A stretch of 64,000 bases of DNA from the IMG/VR virus record IMGVR_UViG_2595698404_000001, positions 8,962 to 72,961 of that record; one strand, 5' to 3'. A program made the position numbers and the translations under genes. How positions within the stretch are numbered: the first letter of the stretch is position 1; each line of letters opens with the position of its first letter. Below the pieces are notes generated by a model, which saw only the letters and a program-made list of their open reading frames with translations, made no database searches and had not been told where the DNA came from. Shown here piece by piece: positions 48,054 through 57,153 of this stretch. Origin of the DNA: a virus (lineage: Duplodnaviria; Caudoviricetes).

Positions 48054-51000
48054 ATGAAGAAGTCTTTCGTAAATGGTAGAATGAATTTAGACATCGACAA
48101 CAGATTGTTGGAGGATGGAGACTACCGCGAAGCAACCAATATAGAAGTTGTCAACTCCGAGGGGTCGGATGTTGGGGCTATAGAAAACTCTTTGTCTAAC
48201 AAAAAGCTGACTTCTATTGATTTTGGTACCAATCCTATTGAGATAGGCAAATACGAAGATGAATTTAGAGACAATCTGTATTGGTTCGTAAAATCTGATA
48301 CAGGAACATTTTTAATTGAATGGGATGAAACCAACAAAGTTTCGAGTACTGTACTTAAAGACACTAGAACAGAAGATGTTGATAGGGTTTTAAATATAAA
48401 AGAAGATTTTTTAATAACCGGCATTGTTAAAGTACTAAGCGAAGATCCAGAAAAGGATTTATTGATGTGGACTGACAACAATATGAATATTTGTTGCATT
48501 AATATTGCCAGAGCAAAAACATGGGGCGAGAACAATTTTGAAGAAGAGGATATTTTCTTAATCAAAAAGCAACCAAAATTCGCCCCAAAAATTACACCTA
48601 CATACTCTTCTGAGGAAAGCAACTACTTAGAAGAGATATTTATGTCTTTTGGTTACAGATACAAATACCTAGACGGTGAAAGAAGTGCTGTTTCCACATA
48701 CTCCAACTATAACTTTAATCCAGGTAAATTCAAAATGGATTATCAGTCTATGGAAAACATAGGCATGGTGAACGCTTTTAACGCGGCTAGAATCACTTTT
48801 GATACGGGACCAAAACAAGTTACTGATATTGAGATTATATCAAAGCAGAGCAACTCTAATAACCTTTACCTTATAACTTCATTCAATAAAGAAGAAGAGG
48901 GATGGGCTGACGACGTAGATAAGAATTATGTATTCTCTAACAATAAAATCTACCAAATTTTGGCAGAGAAAGAGCTATACAGAACTTTTGACAATGTGCC
49001 TAGAAAAGCTAAGGCATTAACCTTAACGGAAAACATACCGACAATAGGAAACTACGTAGAAGGATATGATGTTGTAGACGAAGACGATAACTCAATTAAA
49101 ATGGACTACACTATAGATGTGAAGTCAAATGATGTAAGCGGTGAGGAATTATCAAACTCTATAGGAGCAACGGAAACTACTTTTACATTTACAATACCAC
49201 CAACAATAGAATTAAACCAAAATACGCGTCTTATTTTTAACTTAGACCTTGGCAATTCATTATACGATGGTGAATACTTAGACACACTAGAGTATATTCT
49301 TACAGAAGATTTTGATAACGCAGCAGGATTGGCCGCTAATGATGATTTTAAGTTTTTTATAGGAACTATATTGACCGCTAAATTCATAACTGAATACGAT
49401 ATTGATGTTGATGATGCATGGACTTTATCTAGTAACATTCCTTTTTCTGTATCTGGAAGCACAACAACTACAATAACTATAAAGGCGATAACCTTAGTTT
49501 ATACCGTAGATGATACCCCTAATGATCCTGGAGACAATCCTACTAATACACATACAGAAAACCTATTGTTTAAATTCAATAGCGGATCAAGTGCATTTTT
49601 TAGCAATGTAGAGACAGTATCAAGTTGTAAAACGAATAGAGAATATGAAGTAGGTATAATTTACCAAGATAAATGGACTCGTAAATCTACAGTTCTAACG
49701 TCTTTGAATAATACTATTTATATTCCTCAAGAATTAAGCACTTTACAAAACAAGCTGCTAATAAACATAAACCACAATGCTCCTTATTGGGCAGACTCTT
49801 ATAAATTAGTAGTAAAATCAGATGCATTACAGTATCAGACTATCTATGCTACAGTTTATTATCCAGATGGTGTTTATAGATGGGTTAAGCTAGAAGGAGC
49901 CAACAGAGACAAGGTTAACGAAGGAGATACCTTAATTGTTAAATCTGATCTTAATGGACCTATAACCTCTTTACTTAAAACAAGAGTGTTAGAAGTTGTA
50001 AATAAGGATAAAGATTTTATAGAAGGAAATACTGATTCCGAAGACAACGATATTATTGAAGAATCTGGACTTTATATGAAGATAAAGCCTAGTGGATATG
50101 ATATGTCTTATTCTGAAAATGCTATTATAAATATTGACCAAGTAAGATCCGCAGGGAAAAACAGGCAAGAAAAATTTATTAACGAAAACATACTAGAAGC
50201 ATTTTTCGGTGACGAAGCAAAAAGAACAGCTTGGAAAAACTCTACCGATAATAACGATTTAAAGAAACCTGCAGTAGTAATAAAAGACTTCAATAGCTAT
50301 AGCGAAGACGGTACTTTTGAAAATGCTATTGAAATTGTGGCAGGAAGTAAAATAAACATATTCCTTAAAGTAGCAGAAGACGGTAATGGTCCAGACTTCA
50401 ATAAAGAATACATTGTTGCGTCTACTTATGACAACATAAAAGATTGGTGGGAAGAGGAAGTTGTAGACTTAGGATCTGTAGATGATGAATTTGACATTAA
50501 TTTTGAGGAAGTAGGAGGTGAAGTAAGAATACTTATTCAAGGAGATAATACCGGAAGTCCTGCAAGCAAAAAACAATCCGTATTAACTGTAGTTATAGAT
50601 GCGATACTAGTTGAAGGACTTGTTGTTTTTGAAACAGAAACAAAACAATCAGAAGACTTTAAGTTTTACGAGACCGAACAAACTTTTGAAATAATAGACG
50701 GTAAGCATCAAGGTAATTCTCAAAACCAAACTAGCTCGCTACCTGCGATTATAGACTTAGATTTCTTTAATTGTTATGTGCAAGGAAATGGCGTTGAAAG
50801 TTTCAGGATTAAAGATGCAGCAAACTCAAACTTCCTAAACATTGATTTAAAGCCTACTGCAACATCTATAGAAAAATATAAAGAAACTAGAAGGTTCGCG
50901 GATTTAACATACGGAGAAGGATATGTTGAAGAAACTAATATGAATGGATTGAATGTATTTAATACCTCCCAATTAAACTTTAAATTATTAGAAAAACAGA

Positions 51001-52892
51001 ACGGACCTATACAATTCTTATTCACAAGAGATAGAAATATAGTTGTTTGGCAGGGAGATAAAGCTGGATATGTTTTATTTGGAAGAGATTTGCTTACAAT
51101 GGCTAACGGAGATACTGTTCTTTCTGGAACCCCTGAAATATTAGGTGAATATGTTCCATACCAAGGCGAAAACGGATGTGGAGAAAATCCAGAAAGTATT
51201 GCATGGGATTCTTATAGATTCTACTATGTAAATCCCAAAATGGGAACACCAATTAGACTATCTATTGACGGTACCAGTGAGATAAACTATGGAATGGTAA
51301 ATTTCTTTAGAGAGTTATTCATTAATAACCCTAGTTCTAAAAAATTAGGTGGATATGATCCATACCACAAAAAATATGTTTTATCAACAGAAGATGAAGA
51401 CTTAACAGTATTCAACGCTTATTGCGGAAACACAATAACAAAAGACATTACTGAGGCTTTTACGTATATCTTAAATCTAAACAATTTATCAGGAGAAGTT
51501 TCCTTAAACTACAATATTACTTCGGGCAACGCTACAATACAAGCTGTGTTTGATAATAACATATCAGTATTAAGTAATGTAACTGGCTCCGGAGTATTAA
51601 CGTTCGATAGAGATAACCTAAATGTAGATACAGCAACAATCACAGTTACTCCAATAACGGATAGCGCGACTATACAATTAACAAACAATTGTCCGGTTGG
51701 CTCCGCTATGAAATTAATAACAATTGTTACTAATGATGAAGGAGATATTGGAGATACGATAATAAACAGATTCAAAAAAGCTTCTGGAACATACTATGGA
51801 GGTACACATTATTTTGAATTAGCTCCGGTTAGCGAGTTTACGGTAGAATCAGGAACAGAAGGAGTTGGAAAATTCCCTTCAAGTGGTGAGACAATAACAT
51901 TACAATCATTTAAAGATACCCTAAGTACTGCATTTTTTAACGAAGCACAATTAAATAGACTTGGATATTTAGTATCTAGCACACTTTATACTCAAGCTCA
52001 AATAAATACTATTTTAGCGGCAGCAAACTACTTATCAATAACCAAAAACATTGTATCTGCTAATTCAGAAACCAACACAGGAAGTTTTGTTTTTAATAGA
52101 CCTAATTCAAACGAAAACCTTTATTTGATATTTGATTATGAAGATAAAAATGAAGCTCCAATAGCGGTTGCTGATTCAGTTGGTGTAAACAAAGGAGATT
52201 CTGTTATAATTAATGTACTAGATAATGATTCAGATCCAGATGGAGACGATTTAACAGTAATAATTGTTACACAACCTTTATACGGAACGGCAGTTTTGAA
52301 TGCTAATGGGACCATAACATATAGTCACAACGGAAGTGACAACCTAACTGACCTTATTACATACAAAATAAACGATGGTAACGAAGATAGTAACACCGTT
52401 TCAGTAGATATATCGGTAGGAGTTGATTGTAGCGCAGGAATAATAGCTAATGGAAGTGAGGGTATTTACGAAGCTATAATCGTTCTAGGAACTGGTCTTG
52501 GATATGCAGGAATAACATATAATGCATTAAATATTCCAGATAGATTCCAAATAGAATATGATGGAGTTATTGTAGCGGACTCTAAATATGTCGGAGGCCA
52601 GTTGGACCCAAACGAACCTGCTTATATCCCAGGCAAAAGGACTGACATAATAGGCACGTATAGTAATTTACCTATATTCTCGTATAATGGATCTACATTT
52701 AACAATACAGGCAACACATCTAATGCGGTTATTGATTCTTCAAATGTAGCTTTAGAAACCAACGCCCAAAAACAAGGAACGCTTACCTTTAATAAAACAA
52801 CAGCAACTCCTACCACTATGAAGATCATAGTTACTGCTCCATTAGGTAGTACAGCTTGGAACTTATCAGGAATTTGCCCATCAAACGTATAA
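48054..52892 (+). CDS. Tail stabilisation/nozzle (muzzle-like) protein with C-terminal Ig-like domain
   Basis: GRMNLDIDNRLLEDGDYREATNI N-terminus; FGYRYKYLDGE; LGGYDPY; APIAVAD..VLDNDSDPDGD (Big_9-like). Confidence 0.75.
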   Translation: MKKSFVNGRMNLDIDNRLLEDGDYREATNIEVVNSEGSDVGAIENSLSNKKLTSIDFGTNPIEIGKYEDEFRDNLYWFVKSDTGTFLIEWDETNKVSSTVLKDTRTEDVDRVLNIKEDFLITGIVKVLSEDPEKDLLMWTDNNMNICCINIARAKTWGENNFEEEDIFLIKKQPKFAPKITPTYSSEESNYLEEIFMSFGYRYKYLDGERSAVSTYSNYNFNPGKFKMDYQSMENIGMVNAFNAARITFDTGPKQVTDIEIISKQSNSNNLYLITSFNKEEEGWADDVDKNYVFSNNKIYQILAEKELYRTFDNVPRKAKALTLTENIPTIGNYVEGYDVVDEDDNSIKMDYTIDVKSNDVSGEELSNSIGATETTFTFTIPPTIELNQNTRLIFNLDLGNSLYDGEYLDTLEYILTEDFDNAAGLAANDDFKFFIGTILTAKFITEYDIDVDDAWTLSSNIPFSVSGSTTTTITIKAITLVYTVDDTPNDPGDNPTNTHTENLLFKFNSGSSAFFSNVETVSSCKTNREYEVGIIYQDKWTRKSTVLTSLNNTIYIPQELSTLQNKLLININHNAPYWADSYKLVVKSDALQYQTIYATVYYPDGVYRWVKLEGANRDKVNEGDTLIVKSDLNGPITSLLKTRVLEVVNKDKDFIEGNTDSEDNDIIEESGLYMKIKPSGYDMSYSENAIINIDQVRSAGKNRQEKFINENILEAFFGDEAKRTAWKNSTDNNDLKKPAVVIKDFNSYSEDGTFENAIEIVAGSKINIFLKVAEDGNGPDFNKEYIVASTYDNIKDWWEEEVVDLGSVDDEFDINFEEVGGEVRILIQGDNTGSPASKKQSVLTVVIDAILVEGLVVFETETKQSEDFKFYETEQTFEIIDGKHQGNSQNQTSSLPAIIDLDFFNCYVQGNGVESFRIKDAANSNFLNIDLKPTATSIEKYKETRRFADLTYGEGYVEETNMNGLNVFNTSQLNFKLLEKQNGPIQFLFTRDRNIVVWQGDKAGYVLFGRDLLTMANGDTVLSGTPEILGEYVPYQGENGCGENPESIAWDSYRFYYVNPKMGTPIRLSIDGTSEINYGMVNFFRELFINNPSSKKLGGYDPYHKKYVLSTEDEDLTVFNAYCGNTITKDITEAFTYILNLNNLSGEVSLNYNITSGNATIQAVFDNNISVLSNVTGSGVLTFDRDNLNVDTATITVTPITDSATIQLTNNCPVGSAMKLITIVTNDEGDIGDTIINRFKKASGTYYGGTHYFELAPVSEFTVESGTEGVGKFPSSGETITLQSFKDTLSTAFFNEAQLNRLGYLVSSTLYTQAQINTILAAANYLSITKNIVSANSETNTGSFVFNRPNSNENLYLIFDYEDKNEAPIAVADSVGVNKGDSVIINVLDNDSDPDGDDLTVIIVTQPLYGTAVLNANGTITYSHNGSDNLTDLITYKINDGNEDSNTVSVDISVGVDCSAGIIANGSEGIYEAIIVLGTGLGYAGITYNALNIPDRFQIEYDGVIVADSKYVGGQLDPNEPAYIPGKRTDIIGTYSNLPIFSYNGSTFNNTGNTSNAVIDSSNVALETNAQKQGTLTFNKTTATPTTMKIIVTAPLGSTAWNLSGICPSNV

Positions 52893-52895
52893 ACC

Positions 52896-53621
52896 ATGCC
52901 AAAGACAATAACATATTCAGAAAAAAATAAAGGATGGACTAGTTTCTTTGACTTCTATCCCGGTTTGTTGTGCAATCTAAACAACCGATTCTTTAGCGTA
53001 AAGGATGGCCAACTTTATTTACACAACGACAAGGATAATTCTACTAGAAACAATTTCTATGGGGAGCAATTTAATTCCAAGATAAAAACTGTTTTAAACG
53101 AGGCTCCAAGTCAAGATAAGGTTTTTAAAAACTTAATACTAGAAGGAGATCATTCATGGAGCGCGGATTTAAAAACTAATTATTCAGAATCAACAATTGA
53201 GAAGTCGGAGTTTAACGCAATAGAATCAAGACACTTTGCTTATTTACGAAAAAACGAAGACGAAACCGATTTAAACGGAGGTTCTGCGGTTGGCGTAGGT
53301 GTTATACAAAGTGTAACAGGAAACAATATAACTTTCACAGGAATATCTAACGCTATAAACATAGGAGACAACTTATATCAGATAAATGGCAGTGAAAACG
53401 AACTGATTGGTGAAATAATAGATAATGTAAACGGAATATTAACAATAGACACATTTACCACTACACCTGTTAACGGATATTTTTGTTTCGCTAAAAAAGA
53501 TTCAAGAATTGAAGGAGGTGAAATACGCGGTTACTACATGGAAGTTGAATTAGAAAACACAGATACCGAAGCTGTAGAGTTATTCGCGATTGAAAGTACT
53601 GCAATTAAAAGCTATGTGTAA
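52896..53621 (+). CDS. Tail structural protein
   Basis: GWTSFFDFYP...IRGYYMEVEL; position. Confidence 0.6.
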   Translation: MPKTITYSEKNKGWTSFFDFYPGLLCNLNNRFFSVKDGQLYLHNDKDNSTRNNFYGEQFNSKIKTVLNEAPSQDKVFKNLILEGDHSWSADLKTNYSESTIEKSEFNAIESRHFAYLRKNEDETDLNGGSAVGVGVIQSVTGNNITFTGISNAINIGDNLYQINGSENELIGEIIDNVNGILTIDTFTTTPVNGYFCFAKKDSRIEGGEIRGYYMEVELENTDTEAVELFAIESTAIKSYV

Positions 53622-54031
53622 TGAAAACAAGATTATTAGAAAATTCGGATTACAAAACTTTAGTTACTTGGTGGGGTCAAAATAGATTTCCTTCCCCTAA
53701 CTTTGATGATTTACCTACAGTAAATGGAGAACTTCAAGGAGTAATGGTTTACTTTGAAGATGTTGAAATATGCGCAGGATTTATAATTGACACAACTATT
53801 AAAAATGGCGCAATGATTGAATATATTGTAGCAAATTTTGATATAAAAGACAGGATAATCCGAAAGGATGCCCTTGTTATGTTAATTAATAAGCTTTCTG
53901 AATTAGGTAAATTGATAGGTAAGAAATATGTGTTTACTAGCGTTAAAAATCAAAACCTAATAAAATCATTTGAAGATTCTGGTTTTAATGTAGGTAGCTC
54001 AAATACTATGGAGATGATTAAGATTGTTTAG
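53621..54031 (+). CDS. GNAT-fold acetyltransferase-like protein
   Basis: ICAGF...LIKSFEDSGF; typical position before ejection genes. Confidence 0.6.
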   Translation: MKTRLLENSDYKTLVTWWGQNRFPSPNFDDLPTVNGELQGVMVYFEDVEICAGFIIDTTIKNGAMIEYIVANFDIKDRIIRKDALVMLINKLSELGKLIGKKYVFTSVKNQNLIKSFEDSGFNVGSSNTMEMIKIV

Positions 54032-54034
54032 TTT

Positions 54035-54283
54035 TTATGATATTGATTTAAATTGCTCTATAGCGTGGTCTAAGCAAAGCCATCCTCCCTCTTCAAAAGA
54101 AACATTACATATATCCATAAACCAACCAATATCGCTAATTGTCACTTTATGTTTTGGATTCTTTCTATCTTGAAGTTTTAATCCAACTAAATCATCCAAT
54201 ACGACATACTCTTTGTTCCAACCATCTTTTACAGCTTGAATAATACTGAATTGCCTATTTTTGTTATATTTAACAATACCCAT
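54035..54283 (-). CDS. Hypothetical protein
   Basis: Antisense island ORF. Confidence 0.55.
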   Translation of the reverse strand: MGIVKYNKNRQFSIIQAVKDGWNKEYVVLDDLVGLKLQDRKNPKHKVTISDIGWFMDICNVSFEEGGWLCLDHAIEQFKSIS

Positions 54284-54353
54284 CTTCCCCTTATTTTTAT
54301 TACTCGTGTTTACTATTAACTAATTCGTTAGCTTTTTCTATTGCTTCTTGTTG

Positions 54354-54536
54354 TTATGTGTAGTTATAGATAGTATCTGCTAATCCTCTAAAGTAACCTC
54401 TATCCATTATCCAAGCTTCATTATATTCAGATGTTGTTGATTTACTGTTAAGCTCTGACACATGCTGACATTCTATACCAGTTACTGAGTATAAATTTTT
54501 AGCTAATTCTAAAACTTCTTTCTTTGTTAGTTTCAT
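54354..54536 (-). CDS. Hypothetical protein
   Basis: Ends in ACTACACATAAC, resembling a cassette arm. Confidence 0.55.
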   Translation of the reverse strand: MKLTKKEVLELAKNLYSVTGIECQHVSELNSKSTTSEYNEAWIMDRGYFRGLADTIYNYT

Positions 54537-54594
54537 AATTTATTTTTATAAAATTTAAAAGCTAGTCTAAATTAATAGACTAGCTTTTTTATTT

Positions 54595-54798
54595 TTAATA
54601 CTCCGGATTAGTAATTTGATGAGAACATCTAGTCTCATAACTAGTATAAGAAAATACATATAAAAAGGTTTTCTCTACTTTGTAAACTTTACAAACTCTA
54701 TTTGTGTCTGGATCCTTCATTTGAGCATCTACGCTTGTAGGTGTTACTGTAAATAACAAGACGAACAAAGCTCCTAATAATAAAATTGATTTCTTCAT
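54595..54798 (-). CDS. Small secreted protein
   Basis: Signal peptide ending in DAQ; TAGGTTTG promoter upstream; hairpin 54557-54590 downstream. Confidence 0.65.
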   Translation of the reverse strand: MKKSILLLGALFVLLFTVTPTSVDAQMKDPDTNRVCKVYKVEKTFLYVFSYTSYETRCSHQITNPEY

Positions 54799-54939
54799 GA
54801 TAACTGATTGTTTTTAGTTTGACACAAACCTACAATATTAAAATTAATATAACAATACTAAATATCTATTACATAATACATTAGTATAATTAAAATTTAT
54901 ACTTAACTTTGTACTAAGTACATTTAAAATACAAAAATC

Positions 54940-55626
54940 ATGGCCGTAGGTACCGCAGCTTTGATTGCCGGAGGAATAGGAGCAGCACAAGGAGGCTTCC
55001 AATTATTTCAAGGAATCAAACAAACTAAAGAAGCAAAAGAAGCAGAAGCTAATTTTGAAAGACAAGAATTAGAAAACGTATATGAAGACCAAGGAATTTC
55101 TACCATTGGATCTAATTTAATGCGCGAAGAATCTGGAAGAACTTCCGCTTCATTAGTCGATGCTTCAAGAAACGCAGGAATAAGAGGTGTTTTCGGAGCG
55201 ATTCCAAAGATAGCCTCACAAACAAATTCTCAAAATAGAGAATCACAATTATACCTAGACAACCAAGTTCAAAACAGAAACAGATTAGTCGCTCAGGATA
55301 ATCAACGTATTCAGGGAATGCAAGAAGCTAGAGATAATCAAGAACTTCAGGGCATAGGTCAACTTAGACAAACTGGTCAAGAAAACACATTTAGCGGAAT
55401 CAGAGGTATTGGAAATTCTGCAATGTCTATTACCAACGGATTAAGTGAAATAACACCTAAAATTGACTCGGCTGTAGTTTCAGATACGGCACAAGCACAA
55501 TCTAATACATTAGCTCCTACTGGAAACATAAATATCACAGGTAACTTATCTGGTCTTCAAAGGTACCAACAAATGAAGCAGGAAGAAGAACTTTACAAAT
55601 CATACTTAACAAGAGGCATAGTTTAA
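54940..55626 (+). CDS. Internal virion/ejection protein
   Basis: Gly/Ala-rich N-terminus, Gln-rich coil. Confidence 0.7.
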   Translation: MAVGTAALIAGGIGAAQGGFQLFQGIKQTKEAKEAEANFERQELENVYEDQGISTIGSNLMREESGRTSASLVDASRNAGIRGVFGAIPKIASQTNSQNRESQLYLDNQVQNRNRLVAQDNQRIQGMQEARDNQELQGIGQLRQTGQENTFSGIRGIGNSAMSITNGLSEITPKIDSAVVSDTAQAQSNTLAPTGNINITGNLSGLQRYQQMKQEEELYKSYLTRGIV

Positions 55627-55627
55627 A

Positions 55628-57151
55628 ATGGCAGCACAAGGAAATAACGCAGCGCACATTCAGTCAAGAGGTCTTGGTGACGGAGTTTCCGAAGACATTA
55701 AGTATTGGAACCAAGATGCAGCACGCAGAAGAGAAGAAGGTCGTTTGAAAGATAACGAGGCTTATAAGCGTGAGCAAGATAAAAACAAAGAAAAAATAGC
55801 TAGGTATGATAAATACATCAAACCTTTAAATAATTGGGAAACTGGATCTCAGAGTTTAACAGAATTTCAAGCTAGAACAATACAGAAAGCAGCGGATTTA
55901 AGATTCGATGCAATGCAAGAACTAGATAAAACTCCACCTGGAAGTGAAAACTACATAAAACTAGTAGATAGAATTAACAACTTAAATTCTACGGTAGATA
56001 ATATAAAGCCTTTTTCTGATGCAATATCAGCTAGAAACCAAGAAGTATCTAAGCAACTAGAGTCGGGGAACATTAAAAACAATGATAAAGTAAAAGCGTT
56101 TCAAAAAGCATTTCAAAACGGGTATTCTTCAATGCAGTCTGGTTTTGATGACAATGGAAGGTTAATGCTTGCTTATGTAGATAAAGACGGTGATGGTAAA
56201 AACGATTTACTTGGAATGGAAAGTTTCGATGAAATAACCAAAGGAATAAGTGGATTTACATTCGACCCTAACTTTGACATTGATGCATTAGCAAAAGGAG
56301 CAGCAGGAGAATTAGGCGAAAGCACTGAAGTTAACGAATCTAGATATGTAACAGACACTACAATAGGGCCATTGGAAGGAACAATTAGCGAAAAAGCAAA
56401 ATCAATTATGGTTTCTCCAGATGGAGTATTAACAAGTGAAGGAAAATCTTTTGCGCAAGATTTAGGATTAGATCCGGATAAAGAAGAAACTATTACTGCG
56501 GTATTAGATGGTTTCAAACAAAAAATGGAAACATACGTAGACCGAACTAAGAAAAAAGAGGTAGACTATAACGCGATAAATTCAGCAGAAAGATTAAATT
56601 TAGCAAAACAGAAAGTGCAAGCTAAAGTGGTTAACCTTACAGAACCAGTAACTCCTTCGGACGAAACATGGGATTTTAAGAATAACAACATCGACCCTAA
56701 TAAGTCAAATAGTATTGGAGTTACAGGAGAATTAGTTTTAGGCGCAGTAAAAGATACCAAATCAGGAGACACTTATTCTAATGCTAAGGTTAAAAACTAC
56801 ACCTATAACGAAGATAAAAAGATGGTATTGAATGTTGAAGTTCCAATAACAAAAACTATATCTAAAGAGGATTATTCCGATTTACAATCAGAAGTAGACA
56901 GCGCAGAAACTCCAGAGGCTAGAGAAGCAGCACAAGAAATTTTAGATACAGCTATAATCTTAAAGACAGGTGGAGCAAAAATAACTCAGCCTGGCCAAAA
57001 TGAAATGAGAACAGTAATTGTCGCTAAAGAAAACGAAGCAGAAGTAGCAAGACAACTTCCTACAAAAACAATAGAAGAAGCTAAGAAACTAGCCATTAAA
57101 GAGGGTTCTGTAAATAGCCCTACAAACAAAAAAACAATTAACGGATTTTAA
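55628..57151 (+). CDS. Internal virion/ejection protein
   Basis: 507 aa helical protein; position. Confidence 0.65.
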   Translation: MAAQGNNAAHIQSRGLGDGVSEDIKYWNQDAARRREEGRLKDNEAYKREQDKNKEKIARYDKYIKPLNNWETGSQSLTEFQARTIQKAADLRFDAMQELDKTPPGSENYIKLVDRINNLNSTVDNIKPFSDAISARNQEVSKQLESGNIKNNDKVKAFQKAFQNGYSSMQSGFDDNGRLMLAYVDKDGDGKNDLLGMESFDEITKGISGFTFDPNFDIDALAKGAAGELGESTEVNESRYVTDTTIGPLEGTISEKAKSIMVSPDGVLTSEGKSFAQDLGLDPDKEETITAVLDGFKQKMETYVDRTKKKEVDYNAINSAERLNLAKQKVQAKVVNLTEPVTPSDETWDFKNNNIDPNKSNSIGVTGELVLGAVKDTKSGDTYSNAKVKNYTYNEDKKMVLNVEVPITKTISKEDYSDLQSEVDSAETPEAREAAQEILDTAIILKTGGAKITQPGQNEMRTVIVAKENEAEVARQLPTKTIEEAKKLAIKEGSVNSPTNKKTINGF

Positions 57152-57153
57152 TT

